Of a stretch of DNA of 64,000 bases, positions 16,258-29,257 are shown in pieces. Position numbers and translations under genes: made by a program. The DNA lies in NCBI RefSeq assembly GCF_009914755.1, contig NC_060926.1; one strand, written 5' to 3'. The number at the start of each line of letters is the position of its first letter. Within the stretch, counting starts at the first letter, position 1. Under the pieces are notes generated by a model, which searched no databases, was not told the DNA's origin, and saw nothing but the letters and a program-made list of their open reading frames with translations. The DNA comes from the human T2T-CHM13v2.0 reference genome, Homo sapiens.

Positions 16258-16506
16258 TAACTGTATTTATTGAATATATACAATGTCCAAGGTGCTAGCG
16301 CTATGCTATGTCTCAAACTGCATTATCTCACTTTATTCTTAACAGAACCCTAGATGTAGGTATTACTATTATTATTCTTGTTTTAGAGAAAAAGAAACTG
16401 AAGTTTAGAGAATTGACTTACCTAAGGTTTTACAGCTAGAAAATGGCAGAGCCAGGACAGCAGCCCACACCTATCTGACTCCAGAGCTCAAGATTTAATC
16501 ACTATG
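16258..16506 (-). mobile_element. MIR, near full length
   Basis: gaaactgaagtttagaga...aaggttttacagctagaaaatggcagagcc...tctgactccagagc. Confidence 0.85.
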
Positions 16507-16521
16507 AAATATGCATATATC

Positions 16522-16828
<307 letters not shown>

Positions 16829-17958
16829 TTAATCACTATGAAATATGCATATATCTCGTGTGTGTGTGTGTATGTGGATTCTATTTTATAGGTGAAGAAA
16901 ATGGTATAGACAAAAGTCAAATGACTTCTCTACTTCCCTGTCATTAGGATTTTTGACAAAGAAAGTAAAAAGACAAAAACAAACAAACAAACAAAAAACA
17001 ACTAAACCATAGAACATTATCTTCACAAAAGGTATCCACAAAGTTCAGAGTATTTCAAATCGAATTTTGCATGTCCAATGTCAGGAAAATATCTGTGTTC
17101 CTTGCCTCCACAGTATATAATTCTGATGTTTAAAAATATTTATATGTTCTGATTTCCCCGTACCCTCAAGGAAGAAAAGAAATTTAACACAAGACTTAAT
17201 TTGTAACTCAAGATTTATCTGCGTTTTTCTATGCAACAGAGTATTAGGTGTCTAGCAGCCTTTCTAGTTAATTGCTAATTAATTATATATTTCAAGTTGC
17301 TTGTAATATGTTTCTTTAAAAAGGGTGGCGAACTTTATGGTAGGTTACAATTATAAGATTACACAGTTTCCACCACTGATTTAAAGATAATTAATAAAAG
17401 CTTAAGTTTCAGAATGGTGAGGACACTCTTTCAAAAATGTTAACTTTGGGCTTATTAGGGGCAGTAAGAACTCTTTCAAATATTTTCTCTTCAAAAGCAT
17501 TAAAATTTCCTCTACCAAAATACACAGATCACAATTTTTGAACAAGATTTCTATGCACCCTAGTGGCATAATGAGTTACATCCCATCCCATCCCATTCCA
17601 TACCAACTGTTCTACCCACCTGGGGTAGGAGCAGGGAACCTTCTGTAGCTTGTATTATTCCCTTTGAAGGTCAGGAGAATATAACCTCTCTCCACTTGAG
17701 AACCGAATCACAATTGTCATCTAGAAGGTTAGTGTATCAACTGATGACTGGTTTTCAAATCAACTGAAAAGTATACAAGTAGGGCACAATGCCAAAGAAA
17801 ATTTACAGATGGACATTTGGTATCGCAGACTAGACTAAGCAAAGAGCAAACTAAGTATGTGCTTAGGGCATCATAAAAAGCCAAAAACCGCCTAAGTAGC
17901 TATAAGAGGGAAAAGCAGACTTTAATGAACAATATCGCACTTATTTTATAGTTCAGGG

Positions 17959-18253
17959 TTTTTGTTTTGTTTTGTTTTCTGAGACAGGGTCTCACTCTGT
18001 TGCCCAGGCTATGTAGTGCAGTGTGCAACAGTCTTGACCTCCTGGGCTCAAGCAATCCTCCCACTTCGGCCTCCCAAAGTGCTGGGACTACAGGCGTGAG
18101 CCCCATTCCTGGCTGATTTTTTGTTGCTGTTGGTAGAAATGAGGGTCTTTTTATGTTGCCCAGGCTGGTATCAAACTCCTGGGCTCAAGCAATCCTCCTT
18201 ACCTCGGCCTTTCAAAGTGCTGGGATTACAGGCATGAGCCACCACACCCAGCC
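17959..18253 (-). mobile_element. AluJ (Jo/Jr-like)
   Basis: cctgggctcaagcaatcctcc in both arms; TSD ttata(g/a)ttcag at 17946-17956 and 18254-18264. Confidence 0.9.
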
Positions 18254-18604
18254 TTATAATTCAGATTACAAAAATTGTTTTTAAATACATATGAGAGGCT
18301 GTTGGGGAGGCGTCACAGCCTTTTCAGTGGTTGAGGCTTCTAAAGGCAATCAACCCTTCTTTATATCTCAGAATAGAACAAGTTGACATAGTATTTAATT
18401 AATCAACCACAATCCCTAAACAAGTCTTTATTTGGATACTGAAAACTTTTAATTCAGTTTATAAAATGGTTTTAGTCAATAATAGGGCTGTTTTCCAAGT
18501 AATTGTCTTCACATGACTCAGTATTTCAACAATGGGTTGAATGGACTGCAGTTTTAATAGGAGAAATTGTGAGCTAATACTTCAGTGGCTGTTCACTCAA
18601 TGAA

Positions 18605-18770
18605 TGGACTAGAAGCAATACACCTGAATTCAAATCCAGTTTTTTTTTTTTTCATTTCTAATCTGTGAACTTGAATTACTTACCTTGAACTTAGGTTTCT
18701 ATATGTATAAAATGGAAATTCTGTGATAAACTTCAGGAGTTGTTGTGATTATTAAATGAGATAATGTGAG
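18605..18770 (+). mobile_element. MIR
   Basis: cctgaattcaaatccag...gttgttgtgattattaaatgagataatg. Confidence 0.7.
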
Positions 18771-19085
18771 ATTATCTCATTAAGGTGGCTGAATCTCTTA
18801 TTTGGATGTTAGAAGGATTAGAAATGAGACATTTATTTGAAGAAGTTTATTAAAATTCTTCACAACCTCCCTGTAGTGATCTATTGCTCTTCTGTTACTA
18901 CAACATATGCTTCTACTAAGTCACACCACTCATAGATCCATGGATTGATGGGCAGTTGATAACATTTATTTGGATCTTATGTTAAAAAAATACTCTGCAG
19001 CAATAGTTGGTGTAGAGTTGTTTTTTTAACCATCATACTCTGCTTAATTTTAGGAGCACTGCAGATCCTTAAAAGTCCTAGAATA

Positions 19086-19227
19086 GCAGTTCTCAAACAT
19101 GGCTGGAAAAAGACCTATGCCAGGGATCCACCCTAGGCCAGTACTGGTATTTCAAAACCGGAGATTGATATTAAAAAAAAAAAATCCCTACATGATTCTA
19201 ATTGCAGCCAGGATTGAGAATCACTGT
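19086..19227. mobile_element. MER5-family hAT MITE
   Basis: gcagttctcaaac...tgattctaattgcagccaggattgagaatcactg terminal inverted repeats. Confidence 0.7.
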
Positions 19228-21596
19228 CCTTAATTTTTTTAATTAATTAACTTTTAAAAATTAAAATTATTTTAACTTTATTCACTAATTCTTATCCATT
19301 TTCCAATCCTTTTATCTACATCCCCTAGTTTCTCCCCAACACCCCATTCCATCATTGACTAGCAGTCACAAAGAACATAGAGTTCCTCATTTGGGTTTTC
19401 TTAATGACCAGTGGGAACTTTCTAAATTAGTGAAGTTCAATGCTGACAACACTGAATTTACATTAAATGCAAAAGACATTATCCCTCACTGGGAACAAAA
19501 CACTACTGCATTAATTTAGACAATAGGTTTTCATAGAATCACATGATCAGCAAGAAGTATATAATTATTCTTCAGCCACCTGAGAAATCTTTACCTATAG
19601 ATTCATGCCCTCTATGGCCAAAATCTCCAAGAAGTGTTTCCTACTTTTATTATTCTTAGCCATATTGTTAAGAATGTTCTTTTGTTTAACTAATTTAAGC
19701 TGCTGTCTTCAGTGGAAATGGAGAACAATACATGAATTGCTTGCTTACTGATCTTTTGTTTAGTTGTGAAGGCTCACAAATTCACAATTAAGCCTTCTTT
19801 TCATCAGGTTAATAATAAATAAGTTGTCATTATAAACTACGTCTCATAACCATTTGCTGTATATTTGTCATTCTTCTTCTCTGAACACAATTAGACCACT
19901 GTATGATAGAATAGTTATTTGCCTTTGCTTTAACATGTTATCTAAAGATAAAAGTGCATTGCTTAAGATTGAGGTCATCATTTTAAGGTATGATTACATT
20001 CACATGCAAGCACTTTCCATTTTTTTCTTACTTTATAATTTTAAGATATAAAATGTAGTCACTGGGTTATTAAATATAATTACCTTGCCTTATATCTGAA
20101 AGCAGAATGCAAACATAAAGCTTTTTTGCTTTGGTAATTTCCATAATTTCACACATAGCATTAATAAGGCCCTGGGTGTAATTCAGATGTACAGATTGCA
20201 CCCACAATACCTTAAACATAAGCTTTTCTCAGAGCAATCGTCACTGAAGCACCAATTCAGATAACAGAATTAGTCATTAACTCTTCAGGCAGCCTTTATA
20301 TTTTCTTTATGTAGTATTTTCTATACTCGTCGTAATATTGTGCCATTTTTACTAGCTAGTTAAGATTTCACTGCATAAACACGAGCTGAATATATTCATG
20401 TCAAAGATAATCATTTCTTTAAAAGGTTTCTTTGTCAGGTATTCATTAAAGTACGTTTCACATCAAAATGATAGTCACTAATATAGAGCAAACATCTTAT
20501 CCATTTGGCAGGTTTCAAAAAATTCAAATTTTATGAGTACTATATTAAATCCTCGGCCTATATTGTGTCTCCTTAATAGTATAAAGATCTGTTTTATGAA
20601 TGCATACATTGGTGGGCATACAAAGCGGAATAACCTGTGTGTTATACACAAAGATAGGAGACCACAGTAGAGATGATGTTCATGTATGCACTGGAAACTG
20701 CCTATTGGAAATATCTGCTTGCACCAATGCTATACTTACTAAACCGTGCTTCCACTTTCTCAGTATTAATCTTCAGAAAGCCATTTTGTGATAAATTCCC
20801 TAAATAAAGGCTTCTCCCCAGCTGATGTTTACCACTCCACGCTGCATGAAGCACTGGCATTTTGCTTCAAGACAGGAGGTAACAGGAATAAAAACAGTGC
20901 CAGCTACATTTCCTCCGGATCAAATATGTGAATGTTGTGAGCATTGTAATGGGTAGCGTGGGTGACACAGAATTTCACAAAAGCACCCACACAAAGAGCA
21001 GCCCTTCAGAAGGCAAAGCAGATACCATTTTATCTCATTTTAAAGCAGCTCATAACCATCTCCAGGATTTCTATGGAAGCTTTCGGACACAAAGTTTTTT
21101 ACCTAACCCGTTGGGATATGATGAATTTTTAGGAGGGCAGTTTGATTTCTAGATAGTGGGAAGGAAAATAGAAACGGGCAAGAATTGAGATCATAGCTGT
21201 ACATATCTCCTTCTCTGAAGGAGTAAAATGAGAACAATAGCCTTTATGTATAGTGATATAGACACTGAGAGTCATTAAATTAATGCAAGTATAAAAATGA
21301 ATCCCCAGTCTTAGATTACTTCATAGGAGAGACCCATATCTACTCTGGGGGCTTGGTGGCTTTTGGGGGTGTCAAGCTATATGGGTAAGTCACAGACCCC
21401 AATCCATGTCTTTCTGTGGTGATGTGTGAGACCCTAACCAGGCACTGCTGCTGCAGAAGCCCCGCCTCCCAGTTGATCTCTTGGGACTCTGACTGGCCTG
21501 ACTGTGAATATGTCAATCACAATTATGTATGCAGCTCTGTGGTTGGTTGTCTGATTTTAAGTGATCTTTGGCTTTATTTGGTTTTGTTTTTTGGCA

Positions 21597-21597
<1 letters not shown>

Positions 21598-21629
<32 letters not shown>
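21598..21629. repeat. (TG)n microsatellite
   Basis: direct reading. Confidence 0.95.
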
Positions 21630-21887
21630 CTTTGTGTGTGGCGGGGGGTTGTTGCTGTTGCTTTGTTTTTCTGGCAACATAAAGCATATATCTAAAGTGA
21701 GTGTTGGCTTTCAAAAATTGTAACCTGACATATCCCCCACTTTAGTGTCACTTCTTGGAATATTTTGGGGCGTATCTTTTAGAATTCCTGAGGCACATTA
21801 TTTTCTATATCCTGACTACTATCAATCTTCATTATTTGAAAGGAGATTTAATTTTATTCTATTTTATTTTCTATTTTGTGTATGTAT

Positions 21888-22250
21888 GTTTTTTAAAAAT
21901 TGTGGTAAAATACACAATACACAAAATACAATATAAAATGTACCAATTTAACCATTTTAAAGTGCACAATTCAGAGGCATTTAGTACATTCACAATGTTG
22001 TGCAACCATCACCATGATTTAGTTCCTCAACATTTTCATCACCCCCAAAGAAAACCTCATACTCACTCATTAAGCAGTAGTCACTTCACAGTATCCCTCC
22101 TAGCCCCTGCTAACCACTGCTTTGCTTTCTACCTCTCTGGATTTGCCTATTTTTTATATTTATCATAAATGGAATTTACAACATGTGTCCTTCCGTGTCT
22201 GGTTTCTCTCACTTAGTGTCATGTTTTCAAGGCTCATCCATGTTGTATCT
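21888..22250 (-). mobile_element. L1MB-like 3' end
   Basis: attgtggtaaaatacac...gcatttagtacattcacaatgttgtgcaaccatcacc. Confidence 0.85.
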
Positions 22251-22890
22251 GTATTTATTTTAAAGCAATAGGAAATTATCTGGTGTCTAGTCTGGTCAAT
22301 AAGCTGGATGTATACTGTTTGAAAAAAGTTTAAGTGATATTGCAAAGTAATGAGATTATTTATCCTATGAGACTCATGTCTTGAATATACAGATTCTATT
22401 TACACTAAAAAAAACCCCACACACAACAAATAAATGCTACAATACATTATTACCTACACTCTATGCATATTGCTTGATTACTGCCAAGTAGATTTTACAA
22501 GGTCTTCTTTGGAAGGGGAAAGGTTTGGCCAAAGGATGTTAGACTCAACATGTTATAGTAAAATTATGATACCCTCCCTAATGAAAGAGGTGAAATATAT
22601 GCAAATCAGATCTTGGGTGACTGTAAGGTAAAATATGTAAATTAGGCCTTTGTAGTCTGTGTTTGTAATGTCCCTCCCTTTTAATTGTCCACTCTTCTGT
22701 TCTCCCCTGAGAGTGAAATACCTGTTTAATAAAATAAATCATCCTAAAATATTTGTGAATTAATGAACTTAAAAATTAATAAGGACGTTCTTGCTTAATT
22801 CTACAAAATTAACTGACTTTTGATCAAGAAATGGAGAGAAATGTTCAGAGAAGGAACCTTCCTTGTCTCCTCAAATCATACCACATGGAC

Positions 22891-23260
22891 CAGTGTGGTT
22901 CTCAAACTTCTATGTGCCTAAGAATCATCTTGATATTTGTAAAAAATAGTTTCCTAGGCCCCAGAGATTCTGATATGATATGGGTGAGGATCAGAAATTT
23001 ATACTTCTAATAAATATCCTGGGTCAGTGGGTCTTATCCACTGGTGTGCATCAGAATTACCCTGAGGACTTGTTAAAACACAGATTGCTGGATCCCACTC
23101 CCAGAGTTTCTGTTACAGTAGGTCTGGAGTAGGGCCTGAGAATTTACCTAACAAGAACTCTGCTGATGTTGATGATGCTGGTTGAGGATCATGCTTTCAC
23201 AACAACTGTCTTAGGTAATTCTAAAATAATTGTGCCTTGGCTACACTTGAAGACATATTG
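22891..23260. mobile_element. MER5-family MITE with a second MER5A (23025-23208) nested inside
   Basis: outer gtggttctcaaac...; inner cagtgg...caactg (184 bp) flanked by 8-bp tcctgggt and tcttaggt. Confidence 0.75.
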
Positions 23261-23789
23261 ATAAACTAATCACACTTCTGCAAATCAGGTTAAGTCTATG
23301 TGGTAGCCTGCAATGAAGAAGCGTAGATTTTGACAATAGTAGAATGAAATAAAACTCTATTCCTAGCTGTGGAAGCATCAGTAATTTTCACAACCAATTG
23401 TAATAGGGCAGTATTTTAACGTAAGAAATCAGTTAAGTACCTAAAAACAATGCATCAAAAACAATATTTTCTTTTGACTTTCAGTTGTACCTGTGAAAGT
23501 TTGTAAATTATTGTTGTAGATTTAATTTAAAATAATATACCAAAAAACCCAACGACAACCGAAGCACTGAGAAAATCATTGTTTAATGGCTTCAATTAGA
23601 AAACTGATTCAGGGGTACAGCCTGCTGGAGGTTTCTGATATTGCAAAGGAGAAAATTGTTAAGGAAGTTTTATCACTTAATATCTTTTATTATAAACATT
23701 TCTTTTCATGTTTTTTACAAGCATGACATAATGGAAACATCGTGAACTTTAGAGGGTTCAAGATCTTCCTTTGCCTTGTGATCTTCCTT

Positions 23790-23860
23790 GCTATGTGACC
23801 TTGGGCAAACTACTCAAGCTTCAGGTTTTCAGTCTGTATAATGGGGTAACGTGAAAATTT
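23790..23860 (+). mobile_element. MIR core
   Basis: gctatgtgaccttgggcaaactactcaagcttcaggttttcagtctgtataatgggg. Confidence 0.8.
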
Positions 23861-23946
23861 CTACTCAGCAGAACTGCTTTGAGAATGAAAACATTTAAAT
23901 TCCCAGCACAACAACACTGGACTAATTGCAGAACCTGTGTTCTTTA

Positions 23947-23971
23947 CATACACATATACATATACATACAT

Positions 23972-24002
<31 letters not shown>

Positions 24003-24010
24003 GACACACA
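23947..24010. repeat. (TACA)n(CA)n compound microsatellite
   Basis: direct reading. Confidence 0.9.
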
Positions 24011-24250
24011 CCCCAACAAACAGAAAATTACTTTCTGACCATCCTTCTACACAAGTTGCCCAAACTGAATTCTGCATCAAAGCAACATTTATCAAGACAT
24101 GCAGAGACTCCGTGTTAGTGCTTCTCTGCATGTTGACTTCTGATGGCTGTATGCTTTAGCAAATTAGAAAAGATTGGAATCTGGAAGAGTCACATAATTT
24201 TTGCAGGTATTAAAACTTATGTGAAGTTAACAATTAACTTATACGGTGAA

Positions 24251-24407
24251 AGCTGGGTGCAGTAGCACGTGCCTGTAATCCCAGTTACTGGGAAGACTGA
24301 GGCATGAAGATCTCTTGAGTCCAGGAGTTTGAGGCCACAGTGAGCTATGATTGTGTGCCACTTCACTCCAGCCTGGGGAGAGAGACCCCTGTTTCTTACA
24401 AAAAAAA
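24251..24407 (+). mobile_element. Monomeric Alu (FAM/FRAM-like)
   Basis: single arm with gagtccaggagtttgaggccacagtgagctatgattg; no left arm upstream. Confidence 0.8.
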
Positions 24408-24632
24408 GAAAGAAAGAAAGAAAGAGAGAGAAAGAAAGCAAGCAAGCAGGGAGGGAGGGAGGAAGGAAGAAAGAAAGGAAAGAAGAAAGAAAGAAAAAGA
24501 AGAAGGAAAGAGAAAGAAAGAAAGAAAAAGAAAGAAAGAAGAGAGAGGGAGGGAGGGAGAGGGGAGGAAAGAAGGAAGGAAGGAAGGACGGAAGGAAGGA
24601 AGGAAGGGAAGGAAGGAAGAAAACAAGAAAAC
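24400..24632. repeat. Polypurine (GAAA/GGAA)n tract grown from the Alu tail
   Basis: about 230 bp almost entirely A/G. Confidence 0.95.
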
Positions 24633-26126
24633 CTTAATGATGAAGTGAAACATCCCAGCTGAGTAACTTTCTGTAAGTAAAATTGTACATTTTTTTAAGT
24701 AAAATCTATACTCAGTGCCCAGAGTCAGTTCCTTGTGCTGGGAGAGGACACTTGTCAACTGGTTCCTACCTAAGATAAGCAACAGAAAGGAAGAGCACAT
24801 TAATGCCAAAGCTCAAACTGTGGCGTCTCTGGCCCCCAACCATGCTAAGGAACTCACATCTTGAGGCCCTCAAATCACCCTGGCGATGTGTGGGGCATCC
24901 GTGGTGGTCTCATGGATGGCTGGCAACAGGTTCATTTGTGTTTTCACTATGGCCTCCTGTATCACAGAGATGTGATACAGTGATCTACATTGGGCCTGGG
25001 AATCTGCATTAAAATAAGCACTCTAGGAGATTCTGATAGGAATGAATGACGAAAGGCATACAAGGGTTGCACAATGTAGGAAAAATCATGCGTTGAGAGA
25101 CCCAGCAAAGATTAGTTTTTCTGCTCCAGCTTGCTGCACTTATTGGAATGGAGTCAAGTAGTACATCTATACTCAGTGGGAACTGTGATTGAATATCAGT
25201 TATGATTGCCAGGAGACACTCTGATTCAAGCTAAGTGTGCCCTTAGGGTTCTGGTGTTGCAAACTCGGTGGTTTATCGGCCATTGCTGCAGTAAAAGACC
25301 ATTATGAGGGTGAACTAATTCTGCCTTCTTATCTGCTGCCCACCATGAATCAAATCAGGTTGTTTAAGCTAGCCCAGGGTCCAGCACAGAGTGTTGCACA
25401 AAGAAGGTATTCAGTAAATATATATTGAACAGAATCCTTGTGGCACCACGATACCAGTTACATCAAAGGTTGGAGTTTAATTGAAAGATATATTTACTGG
25501 GCCCTGTATTGAGGACCAAGCAGCCCTTCCAAGCACTGGATGCCCATCTGCTGTAGCTTTTCTCCAGGTAACTCAGGAGTAGGAGTTTTAGGAAGTTTGA
25601 GTCCTAATGTGCCCCCCAAAAAACTAGCTGCATTTTCAGATTATAACTCTGGCTTGCCACCATTTACTTATGGCAGCTTGTGAAAAATCACATTCTATTG
25701 ATATTCTTAAAGTAGAGCTACACTGGCACTTGGGCAAGGTTGGGGTGAAGAGCAAAAAAAATTAGGATTCAATATATTGGATAATTATATGGGGATTAAG
25801 CAGGTTCTGTCATTGATGGTCATTAGTTTAGTGGCCAGGCGTTAAAGAATGGTGTTAGATCTCTCTCTCTCTCCTTTTTTTTTTTTTTTTAACCTTGAGC
25901 AATACTGTTTAGCGTTCTTAAAGTGATATGGACTGACTTACCCAGGTTACATGATAGTTCCCTCTTAATCAATGAATATGGATTGCTTCACTTTTAATTG
26001 CTCTAAAATCTGTAGGAGACAGATGACAGTGCCTTGTCTTCCAGGGTCACAATAACAGAACTATTGACTACTAAGAATTAATGAAAAAAATAGTTTGATA
26101 AAAAAAGAATTGTTTTAATCTGTTAA

Positions 26127-26428
<302 letters not shown>

Positions 26429-26647
26429 TTAAGAAACTTTTATAATATTCTCCTATTTACTATGAATTTTAAACCACATGCATTTTTCTGTCTACTTTAA
26501 GATAAATTATTGTTAAAGAAAAAATAAAATTACAGAGATGTTATTTATATTTACTTTTAAGAGAAAGTAGTCAGAGTCATGTGATCATAGGAATAGACAT
26601 TTTCTATCTAGCCTAGCCTGAGAATTAGGTGATATGCCATATTCTTC

Positions 26648-26666
26648 CTGTGCCATCTAGTGGGAG
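26648..26666 (-). promoter_or_regulatory. Candidate CTCF motif
   Basis: minus strand ctcCCACTAGATGGCACag fits the core CCASYAGRKGGCRS at all positions. Confidence 0.45.
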
Positions 26667-27009
26667 ACTCAAATGGTTTTATGTGAGTTTTGTATAGATT
26701 GTCATTAATTTTTTAAACTTTTCATTTGTAGCAAATCAACCAGATTAATAACTGGTATATATCAAATTAGAGGTGGAAACCAAAACTGAAACAGAGAAAA
26801 CAAAGTACAAACTATGTCTTCTGTTACAAACAACTTTATGGCAGGGTGTGCTCAAGCTTCCAGCTCTCATCACTAATGATGCCAATGGAGAGTCCATGGA
26901 TAAAATCTAGGCAATAACCAGTATTGGTAAATCATGATAGTATAATATGATGATGCATCTGATTTAATCAGCCAAGAACATCCTAAAGACAGTATTCCTA
27001 GATTTAAAT

Positions 27010-27390
27010 AGAATAGAATGCCTTTCACATGCTGTTTCCTGTCTTTACACTTCCCTTCTCTGCATGATGAAATTTTGCTCATCTTTCAAGAGTCCTCAGG
27101 CCTTTGATAGCTGTATGCTTCAGTGAATTAGAAAAGATCATGTATCATCTCCTCTGTGAAACTTGTCTTTTTTCACAATCTGCCTGCATATAATACATAG
27201 ATAAACAGACACAGACACACACACTGCAGCAGGTCTAAATGGTCCCTGCCTGTTGTTCCAGAGTACTTTGTGCGCATGCTTCTGTTACCACATTAACTCA
27301 TATGATAGTTTTCACAGATTGAGCTGCTTGAGGACAAGGGTCATGTGTTCATCTTTGGGTTGTACACCACCTTGAATGAATGAAAGGACA
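27010..27390 (+). mobile_element. L2 3' fragment
   Basis: gctcatctttcaagagtc...gagctgcttgaggacaagggtcatgtg...tgaatgaatgaa. Confidence 0.6.
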
Positions 27391-27959
27391 AAAGTCTTTA
27401 TAGAGTCATCACTGCTGCCCATTTCTCTGCCTCACTTGGTTGTAGAAGCCACTTACATCCAAGTTCCAATGACTGGGCTGCGGACAGATGAAGAATAACA
27501 GTGTGTGTGTAACAGGGAAAGACAAAGCATGGAGGGAGAAAAGGGAGTAACAAATCAGTAGGAATAGTGTTCCAAGGGATCTATGATGAGCTTCGCCATG
27601 CTGTACCTTCTCCCTCCACCCTTAGCCCTCATCTTCCCTAACCCTAAGAGACAAACTGTCTCACAGTTGAGGCGTTGGCTTTGTTCCACTTGTGCATACT
27701 GCCCATGGACAGCAGTGATGGTCACAGAGGACTCAAGTGCTGATAATGATGGTTTAGGTGGCAGTGAAGAAAAAAACTATACAATTGTCCCTAAACCAAT
27801 GCATATTTGTATATGAAGCCTGTCACTTAGGTCCAATTCCAAATACCTGGCCTTTCTGGACATTCTCTTTTACTGGCTTAAAGTAGGTATGAGGGATTTT
27901 CCCATGACCATGTTCCAGAAAGAACAGTCACCCCTCCTGGGACCTCCTGAGAGAAGCAC

Positions 27960-28200
27960 CATCAACAGACTACTGCAGCCTCAAAGAGCTACTTCATCTT
28001 TAAACTCCTACAGCACTTACTGGCATGGTCTAGTCCTGTTAGATAGTATCTTGATTCATTGTTCCATTTGCATTGGGTCTCCTGATTGGACTGTAAGCCC
28101 CCTGAGGTTAAGAGCCATATCTAATGCTTCCCTCCAGAGCTCCTAGGACAACAGAGTAGAGTGAGGGTCTTAGAATAATATATATTCTGACATTGGTTAA
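27960..28200 (+). mobile_element. L2 3' fragment
   Basis: ggactgtaagccccctgaggttaagagccatatct. Confidence 0.6.
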
Positions 28201-29257
28201 CTGAAAAACAAATACTCAATTTATTTTTTATATTATTTCATATATGACATTATTTTATATTATTATATCTTTTTTTTCCCATCCATTCTCACATCTTTCA
28301 TGCCCATTGCCTCTTTTTTCCTATACCCCATTCCTCTTTCACAGGGCATTATCTTCCAAAGAGTCCTAATGACCCAGCTCTGCCACAGCCACCATGGTAA
28401 GTGAAGTCCAGTGCAGAACAAGGTAAACAGACACAATCCCGCCCTGGAGAGACTGTCATACTGAGTAGACCCACAGTCAGAGGACACAGAGAGGAGAGGA
28501 AGCAATAAACAAAAATTCCATTGAGCTGGTAGGGTCATAAAGTGTGTTGCAACCATACTTCAAACAAGGTCAGCCCAGAACTAACAGAAACTCTATGATT
28601 AGCACCATCTCCTTCACTTCCTAATTGCAAACACGAAAGACACATTCCTTCTCTATTTGTGCTCTGGCCTGGTAAGAATGGGAAAGCAACTTAAACCCAT
28701 TTGAGGTTATAATTGCTTTTTTTTTTATGTTTACAAATCTTATTTTATCAAGTAGTCAGTTGTTCAGGCCGAGAGAGTGTAGGACAAATTTTTCTTTCAG
28801 CGTGAACACGTGAAGTACACGTGAGGTCTGTAGGGTATGGAGGAGGCCTCAGGGGATGAATCATGTGGTCTAAGGTCCACAACTAGGAGGTTGTTCAGGG
28901 CAAATTGCAGAGTGAGAGAACTGCAGGCAGGAGAAGATTTCAAATATTCCAGTCCCCACTTCAGAAAATGGCATCTCTGTATTTTCAGTGAGTTCAAGCT
29001 GAAAACCTTGCACTTTTGATTTATCTCTCCTGTCACATCCCCATTTAATCTAATGGCACATCTTGCTGGTTTGGGGGAAAATTCTTCCAAAATATATCTA
29101 GTATCTCCAGTTTCCACCACTCTAGTGCCACCCAGGTAATCTATGCCAGCCCCCAGTCCCATTAGAACTTCTGCAGTAGCCTCTACCTTGGTCTCTCTGC
29201 CACCCCCTTCCACCTCCACATAGCAGCCAAAATGATGTTGGCAAAGCATGAGTCATG

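Noticed and set aside
24340-24809. Lys/Glu/Arg-rich and Phe/Leu/Ser-rich ORFs
   Set aside because: Translations of the polypurine microsatellite, which lacks stop codons; the same applies at 53754-54187
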